Origin: Octopus vulgaris
Lineage: Eukaryota
Reading direction: 5' to 3'
Assembly (NCBI GenBank): GCA_951406725.2
Contig: OX597817.1
Span: 123,504,001 to 123,568,000, forward strand
DNA length: 64,000 nt
Part shown: positions 42,463 through 54,345 of the stretch, piece after piece
Layout: every line of letters starts with the position of its first letter
Position numbering within the stretch: position 1 is the stretch's first letter
Position numbers and translations under genes: made by a program
Notes under the pieces: model-generated
What the model was told of the DNA's origin: nothing
Databases searched by the model: none
What the model saw: only the letters and a program-made list of their open reading frames with translations

Positions 42463-42756
42463 GTACATATAACCTTCGAAGGTTATATGGATACAGTTTG
42501 TGTATCAAATAGCTAACTTAAGGCGATGGCCTCATGGAGCTAATAAGCGGACAGCTTTATTCTTACTTTTATAAGAATGCCATATTAGTATGGCGATAAC
42601 TATTAATTTCCAGGAACGCTGCCGTGTTCTCTTTTAGAGAGACTTAGTAATTTTAATATTTCTATTATTGAAAACAAGTGGATGTATTCCACCGAAACTA
42701 GGTAATAAAACCTTCGAACAGAGATAGTCGGAAGCGACACCTACTGGTCTGACTAC

Positions 42757-42798
42757 GCTACATTGACAAGGGGCAATACCCCGAAATGCGTCTGTTGC
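42757..42798 (+). ncRNA. Type I hammerhead ribozyme, copy 1 (U3:A8 variant)
   Basis: gctaca-TTGACAA-gggg caata cccc-GAAA-tgcg-TC-tgttgc. Predicted cleavage after 42792. Confidence 0.8.
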
Positions 42799-43118
42799 TG
42801 TCGACCAAGTAGTGTGGAGCGACTGACCTCCCTTGTTCGAAGGTTATATGGATACAGTTTGTGTATCAAATAGCTAACTTAAGGCGATGGCCTCATGGAG
42901 CTAATAAGCGGACAGCTTTATTCTTATTTTTATAAGAATGCCATATTAGTATGGCGATAACTATTAATTTCCAGGAACGCTGCCGTGTTCTCTTTTAGAG
43001 AGACTTAGTAATTTTAATATTTCTATTATTGAAAACAAATGGATGTATTCCACCGAAACTAGGTAAATAAAACCTTCGAACAGAGATAGTCGGAAGCGAC
43101 ACCTACTGGTCTGACTAC

Positions 43119-43160
43119 GCTACATTGACAAGGGGCAATACCCCGAAACGCGTCTGTAGC
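43119..43160 (+). ncRNA. Type I hammerhead ribozyme, copy 2 (U3:A8 variant)
   Basis: gctaca-TTGACAA-gggg caata cccc-GAAA-cgcg-TC-tgtagc. Perfect 6-bp stem I, palindromic ACGCGT stem III and a GUC triplet. Predicted cleavage after 43154. Confidence 0.88.
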
Positions 43161-43388
43161 TGTCGATCAAGTAGTGTGGAGCGACTGACCTCCCTTGTTC
43201 GAAGGTTATATGGATACAGTTTGTGTATCAAATAGCTAACTTAAGGTGATGGCCTCATGGAGCTAATAAGCGGACAGCTTTATTCTTATCTTTATAAGAA
43301 TGCCATATTAGTATGGCGATAACTATTAATTTCCAGGAACGCTGCCGTGTTCTCTTTTAGAGAGACTTAGTAATTTTAATATTTCTAT

Positions 43389-43466
<78 letters not shown>

Positions 43467-43470
43467 TGTA

Positions 43471-43833
43471 TTGACAGGGCAAGACTGGTAGGTAGTCGGC
43501 CGCATGCTAGAAATAGATCATCAACTATCAAACTACAAAGAATGTTCTCCAGAGGAAAATTTAGCGAACACCAGAACCAAAGTTCGCGGGCAGGACAGAT
43601 GAAAATTTATATAAAAAAAACAGAATTAATCGCATACCTCGGTTTCAGCCTTTAACAAAAGAATTACTTACATAATTCAAATGTCCGTGGCCTCATTAGT
43701 ACGATCGTTCAGAATAAATGTAATCTGAAAATCTAACCCCTAAATTTTCCTCTAGAGAACATTCTTTGTAGTTTGAGCGTTGATGATCTATTTCTAGCAT
43801 GCGGCCGACTACCTAGCAGTCTTGCTCTGTCAA
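43471..43833. mobile_element. MITE with ~94-bp terminal inverted repeats and TA flanks
   Basis: 43471-43564 is the reverse complement of 43740-43833, with few mismatches. Confidence 0.92.
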
Positions 43834-43931
43834 TATACACATGTATTAGAATTTTTTTCTGATTTTTCAGATTTGTGTATGCTATATTACTGGTTTTAAA
43901 TTGAAATTAAAATTAATATTAATTTATCTCC

Positions 43932-43977
<46 letters not shown>

Positions 43978-44576
43978 TCTGTATCTATGTATTTGACTGC
44001 ATACTTATACATCTATACCGCTCTCATGGGACAGATTGTTGCTGCACACTTAAATAGATCAGAGGACAAAATCTCAACTATACGCTTCGCTTTTAGCTTG
44101 GTTTCTAGGTCTGTATGCTGTTCTTAACACCAAACTTTACTGAGTGCCTTATTTTATGCCACTAAATTGCAAAGGTTGTTATGTCTTTGATTAGAATGAG
44201 CTGGGTTCGGTTTATCATGGCACCAGCACCGGAGAATATAGGAGTACGAATAGGAGGTATAGCAAGAGTGCATAAATGGCAATGGTAAAGGATGCACGTC
44301 AGAATTAAACTGTCAGTGGTAACTATAAATAGAGTGGGTGGAACATCAGCATATCTGATGTGACTCTATAAATATAAACATCAAGATAAATGTTAAAGTT
44401 GGTGTGAAAATGTAGAGAGAGGGCATGGAAGTACAATCAGATTGAGAAGAATAGAGAGTGGTATAGAGATGTGAAACAAGGATTTCAGTGTCGGAGACAT
44501 GGGAGTTGGCATGTATACTCGTACATGTATAAACTCAAACACATACAAACATGCATGTGTATGTATATACATATCT

Positions 44577-44639
<63 letters not shown>

Positions 44640-44660
44640 TATCGAAAGTTAGTTTAGGCA

Positions 44661-44726
<66 letters not shown>

Positions 44727-45135
44727 ATTCGTTTATCTGTAAGCTTGTGTTGTTGTGTGGGTGTATCTGTGTTTCATTAAGATATAGAATAATATATCTG
44801 TTATGATATTCTGTTCTGTGGTAATAAACCGTGTACCATTTTAATCCAACTATAAAGTCCATATATGATAACTGTGGATGTAAATGTCATTAAATTGCAA
44901 TGAAATATTTCAAAAGATTGATATCATTTAATTAGTGTTTTCAGAAAAAATTAATATATCAATCTACTAGCTATTTTGAAACAAGCAATTGATATTGTTG
45001 ATATGATGCATGTACACATAGACACATAGACGCACACACACACACATACTCACACACACACACAAACACACACACACACACACAACCACACCCCCACACA
45101 CGCAGGCATACAAATATTCATTTAAATATATTCAC

Positions 45136-45198
<63 letters not shown>

Positions 45199-45209
45199 TA
45201 GATAGACAT

Positions 45210-45290
<81 letters not shown>

Positions 45291-45291
45291 C

Positions 45292-45364
<73 letters not shown>
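45136..45364. repeat. (GATA)n microsatellite
   Basis: Directly visible. Confidence 0.97.
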
Positions 45365-45406
45365 TTTGTTTTTTATGTTCGAAAGAGAGTCTATATCTGC
45401 ATGGGT

Positions 45407-45465
<59 letters not shown>

Positions 45466-45524
45466 TAAAAACGGTAAGATAACAAAAGAGAGAAAGATAC
45501 CTCAATATTATGTAAATAGAGGAA

Positions 45525-45726
45525 ATTTATCTATAAAATAATATGTGACAATTATTCAATACCAAGATAAAACTCTGAGTTTCTGATACGGAGGTGGAAA
45601 TCCACAACACCATCTCTTGGCCAGATAACCGAAGAGATGGTGTTGTGGATTTCCACCTCGGCATCCGAAACTCAGAGTTTTATCTTGGCTATTGAATAAT
45701 TGTCACATATTATTTTACAGATAAAT
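45525..45726. repeat. ~95-bp-arm inverted repeat with a 13-nt spacer, containing a hammerhead-like motif (45621-45688, +)
   Basis: Arms 45525-45618 and 45632-45726 are near-perfect reverse complements. The motif is ccagataa-CCGAAGA-gatg..catc-c-GAAA-ctcagag-TT-ttatcttgg. Confidence 0.85.
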
Positions 45727-45780
<54 letters not shown>

Positions 45781-45814
45781 ATGTATGTATATACATACAA
45801 ATATATCATATTTA

Positions 45815-45931
45815 TATATGTTCGTTTCTGTGTTTTTTTCATTGTTCGAAAAACAGTTCGTTTTCTGTTTTCGTTTCTCATTGTGTTCAACGTTTTTTTG
45901 ATGTCCTGTACCCATATATGCATGTATATAT

Positions 45932-45968
<37 letters not shown>

Positions 45969-45982
45969 GGCATATATTTATT

Positions 45983-46026
<44 letters not shown>

Positions 46027-46830
46027 ATATATAGGTATATACATATATGTATGTATATATGCATATATTTATATATTATTTATATTATCATATGATCGAA
46101 CGCCACGCATCCTTTTCCAAGTAAGTTTATCTTAATAATTACGGTGCGTACTCTTCTATCTCTACTATCTCATCTCTGTCTATCTCTCTCCCTCTCTTGT
46201 TCTTCATCTTTTCTGGTTTTCTCTCCCACCCTTCCCTTTTCTTCTCCTCTCTTCTTTACCGTTCCCTCTCTCTTACTCTTCATCCTTGACTCTCTCGTCG
46301 CTGACACGTGACGGAAAGGAATCTATCTTTCTGCCCATTTCTTTGCTAAAGACAACACGTGCTTATACCTGTCTCCTCTCATAGCTCATCCTCCTAGCGT
46401 TCATAATAATTTTTCCATTGGCTCAACAGCCCTCACCGTTTGTTTATACTGTCTTGCTCTCACTGTCCTGTTCTTGTTACCATTTTCACCCTCCGCAAAA
46501 AATCCCAAATTTTATTTAATTTGCTTTGCGGGAAGGATTGTTTCAAATCAGTCGCGTATTTTCCTTACTTTCGGAACGCGGAGTAGATGAAACAGGAACA
46601 ACTGATGAATGGGGATATTCTTTATGTTGCATGTCTCGTTTCTCTGTTTTTTCGTTGTTCGAGAAAGTTCTATGTTTTTGTTTTTATCTTTTCGTTTCTC
46701 ATTGTGTTCAACGTTTTTTTAATGTCCTGTACCCATATATGCATGTATATATACATATATATGTAGGTATGTACATATATGTATGTATATATGCATATAT
46801 TTATATATTATTTATACCATTATTTATATA
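45815..46830 (+). mobile_element. Unclassified repeat with a duplicated 3' segment (about 45820-46090 and 46637-46830), probably Penelope-like terminal repeats
   Basis: tcgtttctcattgtgttcaacgtttttt..atgtcctgtacccatatatgcatgtatatataca occurs twice, embedded in (TA)n. Confidence 0.5.
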
Positions 46831-46977
46831 TATATTTATACCATATATATATATATATATATGTGCGTGTGTGTGTGTGTGTGTGTGTGTATAAGTTAGT
46901 ATATCCAAATATAAACCTATATATATATATATGTATATATGTATATATATATAATATATATATATATACATATATAT

Positions 46978-48936
46978 ATCATCACCATCGTTTAACGTCC
47001 GTTTTCCATACTGGCATGGGTTGGACGGTTTTACTGATGTCTGGAAAGCCAGCAGCTGCACCAGGCTCCAAACTGATCTGGCAATGTTTCTACAGCTGGA
47101 TGCCCTTCCTAATGCCAACCACTCCGAGAGTGCAGTAGGTGCTTTGTACATGCCCACAGCATGGGAACCAGTCAGAGGGCACTGGCATTGACCATGTTCG
47201 GATGATGCATTTTACGTGCCACTGGAATGGTGGCCAATCAGGGGCCACTGGCCACAGCTACGATTTTCGTTTTACTTAACTCAAGAGATCTTCTCAACCA
47301 TATCATATTGCCCGACGCATCAGATGTACTTTTAAATGGGCCAGACATGCAACACTGGCATCGGCCATGGTTTCGATCTCACTTTATTTGTCCGGTTTTC
47401 TCAATCACAGCATATCTCCAAAGCTCTCCATCTCCTGTCATTGCCTTTGTGAGGCCCAACATTTGAAGGTCATGCTTCACCACCTTGTCTTATGTCTTCC
47501 TGATCTACCTTCTTACCAAAGGTTCCTTCCACAGTTAGGGCATGACACTTTCTCACACAGCTGTCTTCATCCATATATAACACATGACCATACCAGCACA
47601 GTTGTCTCTCTTGCATACCACATTTGATGCTTCTTATATGCAACTTTTCTCTCAGGGCACTCACACTTTGTCGTGTATGAACACTGACATTACACATCCA
47701 GTGGAGCATACTAGCTTCATTTCTTTCAAGCCTACGCATGTACTCAGCAGTCATGGCCCATGTTTCACTGCCATGTAGCTTGGCATTTCACACACATGCA
47801 TCATACCTTTCATCCTGAGCGAGAAGCCCTTTGTTACGATCAGAGGTAGGAGCTCCCTGAACTTTGCCCAGGCTATTCTTATTCTTGCTCCTAACAACCA
47901 TCCTCACTAAAGATTCGGTCGCCTCGGTAGCGGAAGCTATCAACTACTTCTGCTTATTCCCCTTGGCATATGATGGAATCTTCAGTGTTTATTGCCCCTG
48001 TGCATCTGCCACACACAAAAACTATCTTCCCGGTTAACCTTCCTTTAATAATGCTGCACCTTTTATGTGTCCATAGCTTACACTGAGTACATCATATGGA
48101 GTCTCTACTCATACATTTTCAACAGATCGAGCAAGGCCATCTACCTGAAGGGGTTTGGGATTTGTCAGCCTTCCTACTTACTAAGACTTTGGTTTTTGCT
48201 AGGTTAACCCTAAGGCCCTTTGATTCTAGCCCTTGCTATCACACCCTAAACGTTGTTTCTAGTTCTGGCAGTGACTCAGCTTTTAGAGCAAGGTAATCAG
48301 TAGAGAGGGGCTCCCAGGAGAAGCATGTCTTAAATTCCTCTGTTATTGCCTGGAGGATTATGATGAATAAGAGGACTGATCCTTGGTAAACCCCTATTTC
48401 TAACCAGAAATACTCGTTGCTGACAACATCCCTGTAGAGGGCTTGTACAACTCTTACCAACCACTCGTCAATCCCCAGTTTCCGCATTGACCACCAGATA
48501 AGGGATTAGGGGACTCTGTCAAAGGCTTTCTCTAAGTCAACAAAAGCTAAGTACAGAGGTTTAATTTTGGCTAGATATTTCTCTCGCAGTTGCCTTACCA
48601 GAAATACAGCATCAATGGTGCTTCTGCCTGGCACAAAACCAAACTGCATTTCGTCTAGGCTAACTTTCTCCATAATTAGTTGCGCTATGGTCCTCTCATT
48701 AACTTTCATTACTTGATTCAATAATTTGATACCCCCCTGTAGTTATTTCTATCTAAAGCATCACCTTTACCCTTGTAGCAGCTGACTATGGTGCTGCTAC
48801 ACCAGTCATTGGATATGACTCCTTCATGAACTACCTGATTTATGATGCAGGTGACACGACCATAACCCACACCACCCGATATTTTAAGCATCCCAGCAAG
48901 GATTGCTGATGGGCCAGGTGCTTTCCCTGTCTTCAT
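46978..48936 (-). pseudogene. 5'-truncated RTE-clade LINE (RT domain, 3' UTR and (GAT)n tail)
   Basis: KTGKAPGPS, YKGKGDALDRNNYRG, DEMQFGFVPGRSTIDAVFLVRQLREKYL, LAFVDLEKAFDRVP, GVYQGSVL and RQLCWYGHVL. Frameshifted. Confidence 0.95.
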
Positions 48937-49266
48937 ATTTGGGTAGCTGGTCCCTCAATTGGGTCAACCTTTGGCACACTCTCCTCCCATTCATTCTCCA
49001 CATTTAACAATCTTTCATGGGGGCAGGAGAGGATGGGCGCAACCTCGAACAAAGGGAGTCATTTTAGGGAGCAGAGCAAACAAGCATGTTACTTGTCTTG
49101 TTTTCCATTTGTTTCTCTTGTTGTACTCGGGTTTGCCAGTGTATTTCATGTTATCGTATTTCGTAATCCATGTCGTCTTCGAATTTCATGTTGTTAACGT
49201 TTTGGGACGTCCTATACGCATATATGCATATATATGTCAGTACGTACATATATGTATGTATATATT

Positions 49267-50085
49267 ATCATCATAATCATCATCGTATTTTGCGTCCGTT
49301 TTCCATGCTGGCATGGGTTGGACGGTTTGACTGGAACTTGGTAAGCCAGAGGGTTGTCTCAGGTTCCTGTCTGTTTTGGCTTTTTTCTACGGTTGGATAC
49401 CCTTCCTAATGCCAACCGTTCCACAGAGTGTAGTGGGTGCCTTTTATATTCACCCGCACATGTGCTGTTTATGTGTTAGTGGCACAAGTGCCTTTTACAT
49501 GTTACTGGCATGGGTGCCTTTTATGTGTCACCACTGCTGACCACAACAACAATTTTACTTAGTTTGACTTGCCTACTCCAGCACAGCAAATTGCCAAATG
49601 TCTCTGTCATTTGTCATCACCATGAGACTTAGCATCCCAAGATCAAACTTCACTGCTTCATCCTATGTTTTCCTGGGTTTACCTCTTCCACAGGTTCTGC
49701 ACAGTTAATGATTGATACTTCTTTACACAGTTGTCTTCATCCATACACATCACATGATCATACCAGTGAAGTCTTCTTTCTTGCAAATTACTTCAGATGT
49801 CTCTTATACCAAAATTTTTCTCTCAAGACTTTTGCACGCTCTAATACATGAACACTGACTTTGTTCATCCAGTGAAGCATACTAGCTTCATTTCTTTCAA
49901 GCCTTCACATGTTTTCTGCAGTAACAGCCCATGTTTTACTGCCATGCAGAATGGCTGTTTGCAGACAATCACCCTGCAATCTGCCTTTCATACTGAGGGA
50001 GAAGTCCCTTGTTACCAACAAAAGTAGAAACTCTCTAAAATTTTTCCAGCTTTTTCTCATTCTAGCAGCTACACTCTCAAAACCT
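49267..50085 (-). mobile_element. Second, more diverged RTE LINE 3' fragment
   Basis: Homologous to 46978-47890 (gtccgttttccatgctggcatgggttggacgg; agcatactagcttcatttctttcaagcct). Confidence 0.88.
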
Positions 50086-50660
50086 ATTATTCACTGATTT
50101 AATATTACTGAATCTAGATGCAATTTGAATAATCCACTGTGATTGCTCCATATCTACACTAGCACTTCAGGAACGTAATTCAGTCAGGCATCTTTGTGGC
50201 TTTTGTCACTGTTTACAATTTTGTTCCAGTTCTTTTCAAATTTGGTGTATAGATCAAGTTTTGTATACTAATTGTGAAAATGAAAATCATTTGTCCAGTA
50301 AATCCATAATTAAATAGTTATTAGCCTTTAAAATGTGCAAAAATTGGGTATTTTTGCCTATCAGAGGTGTGTATTTTATATATCACCGTGGCGAAGAACT
50401 CTGTTTCCATAATAACCAAAGATACTGAGCATGCACACAATGTGTATAACCACTAAATTGAGTGTAGTCAACAAATTGAGAGTACTCGGACATGTTTAAA
50501 GCTTCGAAACAAACACCGTTCCATGGTTGACTTTTATATTTGTGAATTCATGTGGAGAAAGCGATATGAGAATGATAATTTATTTTATAAAATCCTAGAG
50601 TGTATTGCAAACTTTCGTTCCTGAATTTTTAAAACTAATAAATGTTTGTTTTATGCAATG

Positions 50661-50995
50661 TTTTGACTGTTATTTCTAGCAACTCTGTTGGTTTGCTCGT
50701 CGCTTTTAAATATTTAATTGCTCACGAATGTTTCTCGCTATTTTCCCTGTTTACTTTGCTCATGTATATTTTAATGTTTTGATTGTTACTTCTAGCAACT
50801 CTTGTTGGTTTGTTTGCAGCTTTTAAATATTTAATTTGCTCGTGAATGTTTTAATGTTAACTTTGCTCTTCTATATTTTAATATTTTGACTGTTATTTCT
50901 AGCAACTCATAAAGGTTTGTTCGTAGCTTTTAAATACTTAATTTGCTCACGAATGTTTTCATGTTTTTCAGTTAATTGTAGCTAGTTTAATGTTT
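50661..50995. repeat. Three tandem ~107-116-bp units
   Basis: ttttga.tgtta.ttctagcaactc at 50661, 50777 and 50884. Confidence 0.9.
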
Positions 50996-50998
50996 TGT

Positions 50999-51300
50999 GG
51001 AGGCGCAATGGCCCAGTGGTTAGGGCAGCGGACTCGCGGTCGTAGGATCGCGGTTTCGATTCCCAGATAGGGCGTTGTGTGTGTTTATTGAGCGAAAAAA
51101 CCTAAAAGCTCCACGAGGCTCCGGCAGAGGGTTGTGGCTACCCATGTTGTACTCTTTCGCCACAACTTTCTCTCACTCTCTGTTTCTTTAGTAACGCTGC
51201 GATGGACTGGCGTCCCGTCCAGCTGGGGGGAACTCATAAGCTACAGAAACCGGTAAACCGGGCCCCTGAGCCTAGCTAGGCTTGGAAAGGGCGAAGAAAG
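50999..51300 (+). mobile_element. tRNA-derived SINE family C
   Basis: ggaggcgcaatggcccagtggttagggcagcggactcgcggtcgtaggatcgcggtttcgattcccag, with A-box tggcccagtgg and B-box-like gtttcgattcc. Confidence 0.88.
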
Positions 51301-53369
51301 AGAAGTTTAATATTTTGACATGCCGGTGCCAAAACCCCCATCCCACCCCTGATGATGATGAGACAGCAAACGTGCTATTGTCTGATTGGCTGAAAACTCT
51401 GGAAAGTATCATACTTTGAATAGCTGTAACATTTTTGCAAATTTTTCTGGAATAAATAATTACCAAATTCAGATTCAGCAAAAAAAATTACATCTATACG
51501 ATACATTAAAACATTTCTTTTAAAAGATAATTGTAAACTGTGACAAAAACCACAAAGATCTTTCAGTCAGTACTTGTCAGATAGATGGAAACTTCTGAGC
51601 AGATTTTCGAGTGTTTTGTACCACCTGCTCCTATGTGTTAGCTGCACAGAGTCCTACAATTAATCTAAAAAGCACTTCCCATGCCTCATATGTAGTCAAG
51701 TATAGGATGTCCCTAGAAAAGTTTCAACACATTTGAAAAATTTGGGCTGTACTGTCAGGCATAGAAAGTCACAAGTTTGAAGACACCACATTTGCTTCCA
51801 TTTACATTCAGGATCACTGCACTAGATGGTCTAGGAAGATAGCTTGTAATTTGAGATCTAAGTATTGCCAGAATAACCCAACTATCTCATTGCTAGATCC
51901 CAATAGACCACAGGTTGAGAATATCTCATAATTGTTGAAAACAGTGGCAAATAATTGCACCTCAGAAATATTGGTGTCTTAGTGATGGCTACTACATCTA
52001 TGTCTTGTGTCCTGAGGTCATTAAGCAAGCGATCTTGCATCTAAGCTAAACCCAATTCTTGAAATCTTTCAGAAATTAAATTTTTGTAGCATTTTTATAC
52101 ATAATAATGTTGTTGCCATCTACCACCAATCCTCCTCCTCCCCTCCTCTTCCTCTTCCTCATCATCATCATTGCCTTCAGCATTCCTATCCAAACCAGCT
52201 TCATCATTATTACCACTTCCTTATTCACTTATTCAACAGCATCAGCATGGCCATCCTCACTGTCGCCAGCATCAAACACACCAATAGCACTACCAATGTG
52301 ATCGTTATTTCAATAATATTTTTTTTCATATTTTATTTTATGCACATTCCCTTGTAATCTATCATAATGTTGATATGCCCTCAGAAATAGCTTATTTTGA
52401 ACTTCTTAATTTAAAAAAGCAGAAAAGAATAAAATAAAACAATTTAATTTTTCCAATTTTGAAAAATTGTTTTTAACTTTTTTTCCCTTTCTTAATCTAT
52501 TAACTTTTTTTTCACTGATTTATTTTGCTTAATTTATCATCGAAACTCTACAAAATTAATAAAATGAACTCCAAAACTACACAGAACAACAACAAAAAAG
52601 AAAAGGTTAAAATATAACGATCTTTATTTACAAAGGTCTTGCAAAATAATTAATTTGGTTTCTAGGTCTTGAAATAAATAGATTCTACATAAAACCTCAT
52701 GCTGACAAACTATTTTCAGACTGGACAAAATTTTAACAAAAAAATCTCATCCAATTACTATTATCAACTACATGGAGGAAAAAAAAAATTGCAGAAAATG
52801 AAACTGGAAAAATTGCAGAAAAAGAAACTGAAAAAAAAAAAACCTATAAACAATATAATAGTATATTATTTCCATTTATATCAATTCATATGTATATGGT
52901 TTTGATATATATTTTTTGAATATTTAAATGAAAAATTAGTATTTACAAAATGAATACACATATGCATTCAGATACTTAGCATATACAAAATTGCTACTAT
53001 ACATACATATACATATACATAATTATATACATATAAATACTCACCCACATGCACACACACACACACATATTGCTAAGAGACATGCATAACCTGTGTGCAT
53101 ATTTGTGTCGTGTGTTTGAGTGCAAGTGACAGAGATTATAAATGAGGCATGTACACATAGACGTGGGAGTATATGCACATATGTACATGCAGTTTTTCAA
53201 AAACATGCCAACGCAATCATACATATAATGGTTGTATTGATGTGTTTCAAAAGCCAAGAGGGTGAGGCATGTGTACAATATTAAAAAAAATAGACAAATG
53301 AATTTATATACATTAACACACAACATTTTCTCACTCTTACCCTCCTACTCTCTCATGTTTAGATATTTA

Positions 53370-53441
53370 TGTATATATACACACATGATGCACACATATA
53401 TACATAATATATATATATACATAATATATATATATATACAC

Positions 53442-53474
<33 letters not shown>

Positions 53475-53497
53475 CATACATACATAAATATATATAT

Positions 53498-53541
<44 letters not shown>

Positions 53542-53563
53542 TATATATATATTATATATACAC

Positions 53564-53609
<46 letters not shown>

Positions 53610-53942
53610 ATATATACATACATACATCATATATATATATATATATATATATAATTTCATTTCACAAAAGTTGTCTCTGGAAGCAACATGTATAAAGAAC
53701 TGGGTATATTGAATGGCAGCAGAGGGAAATAGCTGTTGTATACAAAACACACATACATACATACATACATACATATGTACGTACACTTATAGATACACAT
53801 ACGCACACACACACACACATATTCAGGTAGATAGATATAGACATGCATGTGCATATATTTATTTGCGTGCGTATATATACGCATATTATTGCTATAATGT
53901 AAAAAAACTAAGAATATACAAGTGTGAATATGTAAGAATATG

Positions 53943-53986
<44 letters not shown>

Positions 53987-54205
53987 TTTGTATCCTGAGC
54001 ACATGTGCATACATACGTACGTACATACATTACATACGTATGCATGCACTCACACTTTTAGCTGTAAGTAGATAGATAGATATACAGATTGACAGATAGA
54101 CAGATAAATGAATTTGCCCCAGGTTAATAGTTTTAGACATTTAATAGAGTATAATATGTATGATTAACCTTCTTCCTCCCTCTTTTTCTCTCTCTCTTTC
54201 TCTGC

Positions 54206-54298
<93 letters not shown>

Positions 54299-54345
54299 TA
54301 TATATATATATGTGTGTGTGTATGTATATATGTATATATATAATT
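53370..54345. repeat. Degenerate (TA)/(CATA)/(CA) microsatellite field
   Basis: Directly visible. Confidence 0.92.

Larger units (their letters stand above)
42475..43390 (+). mobile_element. Head-to-tail array of 361/362-bp hammerhead-containing units (~2.5 copies); candidate non-LTR retrozyme
   Basis: Units start ttcgaaggttatatgg at 42475, 42836 and 43198. About 6 differences separate units 1 and 2. Non-coding and rich in hairpins, with one hammerhead per complete unit. Confidence 0.88.
50187..51562. mobile_element. Non-autonomous DNA transposon with ~33-bp TIRs, 7-8-bp TSD, internal minisatellite and nested SINE
   Basis: atctttgtggcttttgtcactgtttacaatt (50190-50220) and aattgtaaactgtgacaaaaaccacaaagat (51529-51559), with tcagtca on both flanks. 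Confidence 0.8.

Noticed and set aside
42475-43390. CRISPR-like or simple satellite interpretation of the tandem array
   Set aside because: Units are full-length near-identical repeats with no unique spacers, and there are no cas genes. The embedded ribozyme and junction structure argue against plain satellite.
46575-46625. GAAAC..CTGATGA hammerhead candidate
   Set aside because: The core elements are present, but I could not find consistent flanking stems.
50999-51070. tRNA gene
   Set aside because: The tRNA-like head runs into a repeat body shared with 25620-26054 and has no proper acceptor stem or terminator, so it is a SINE head.
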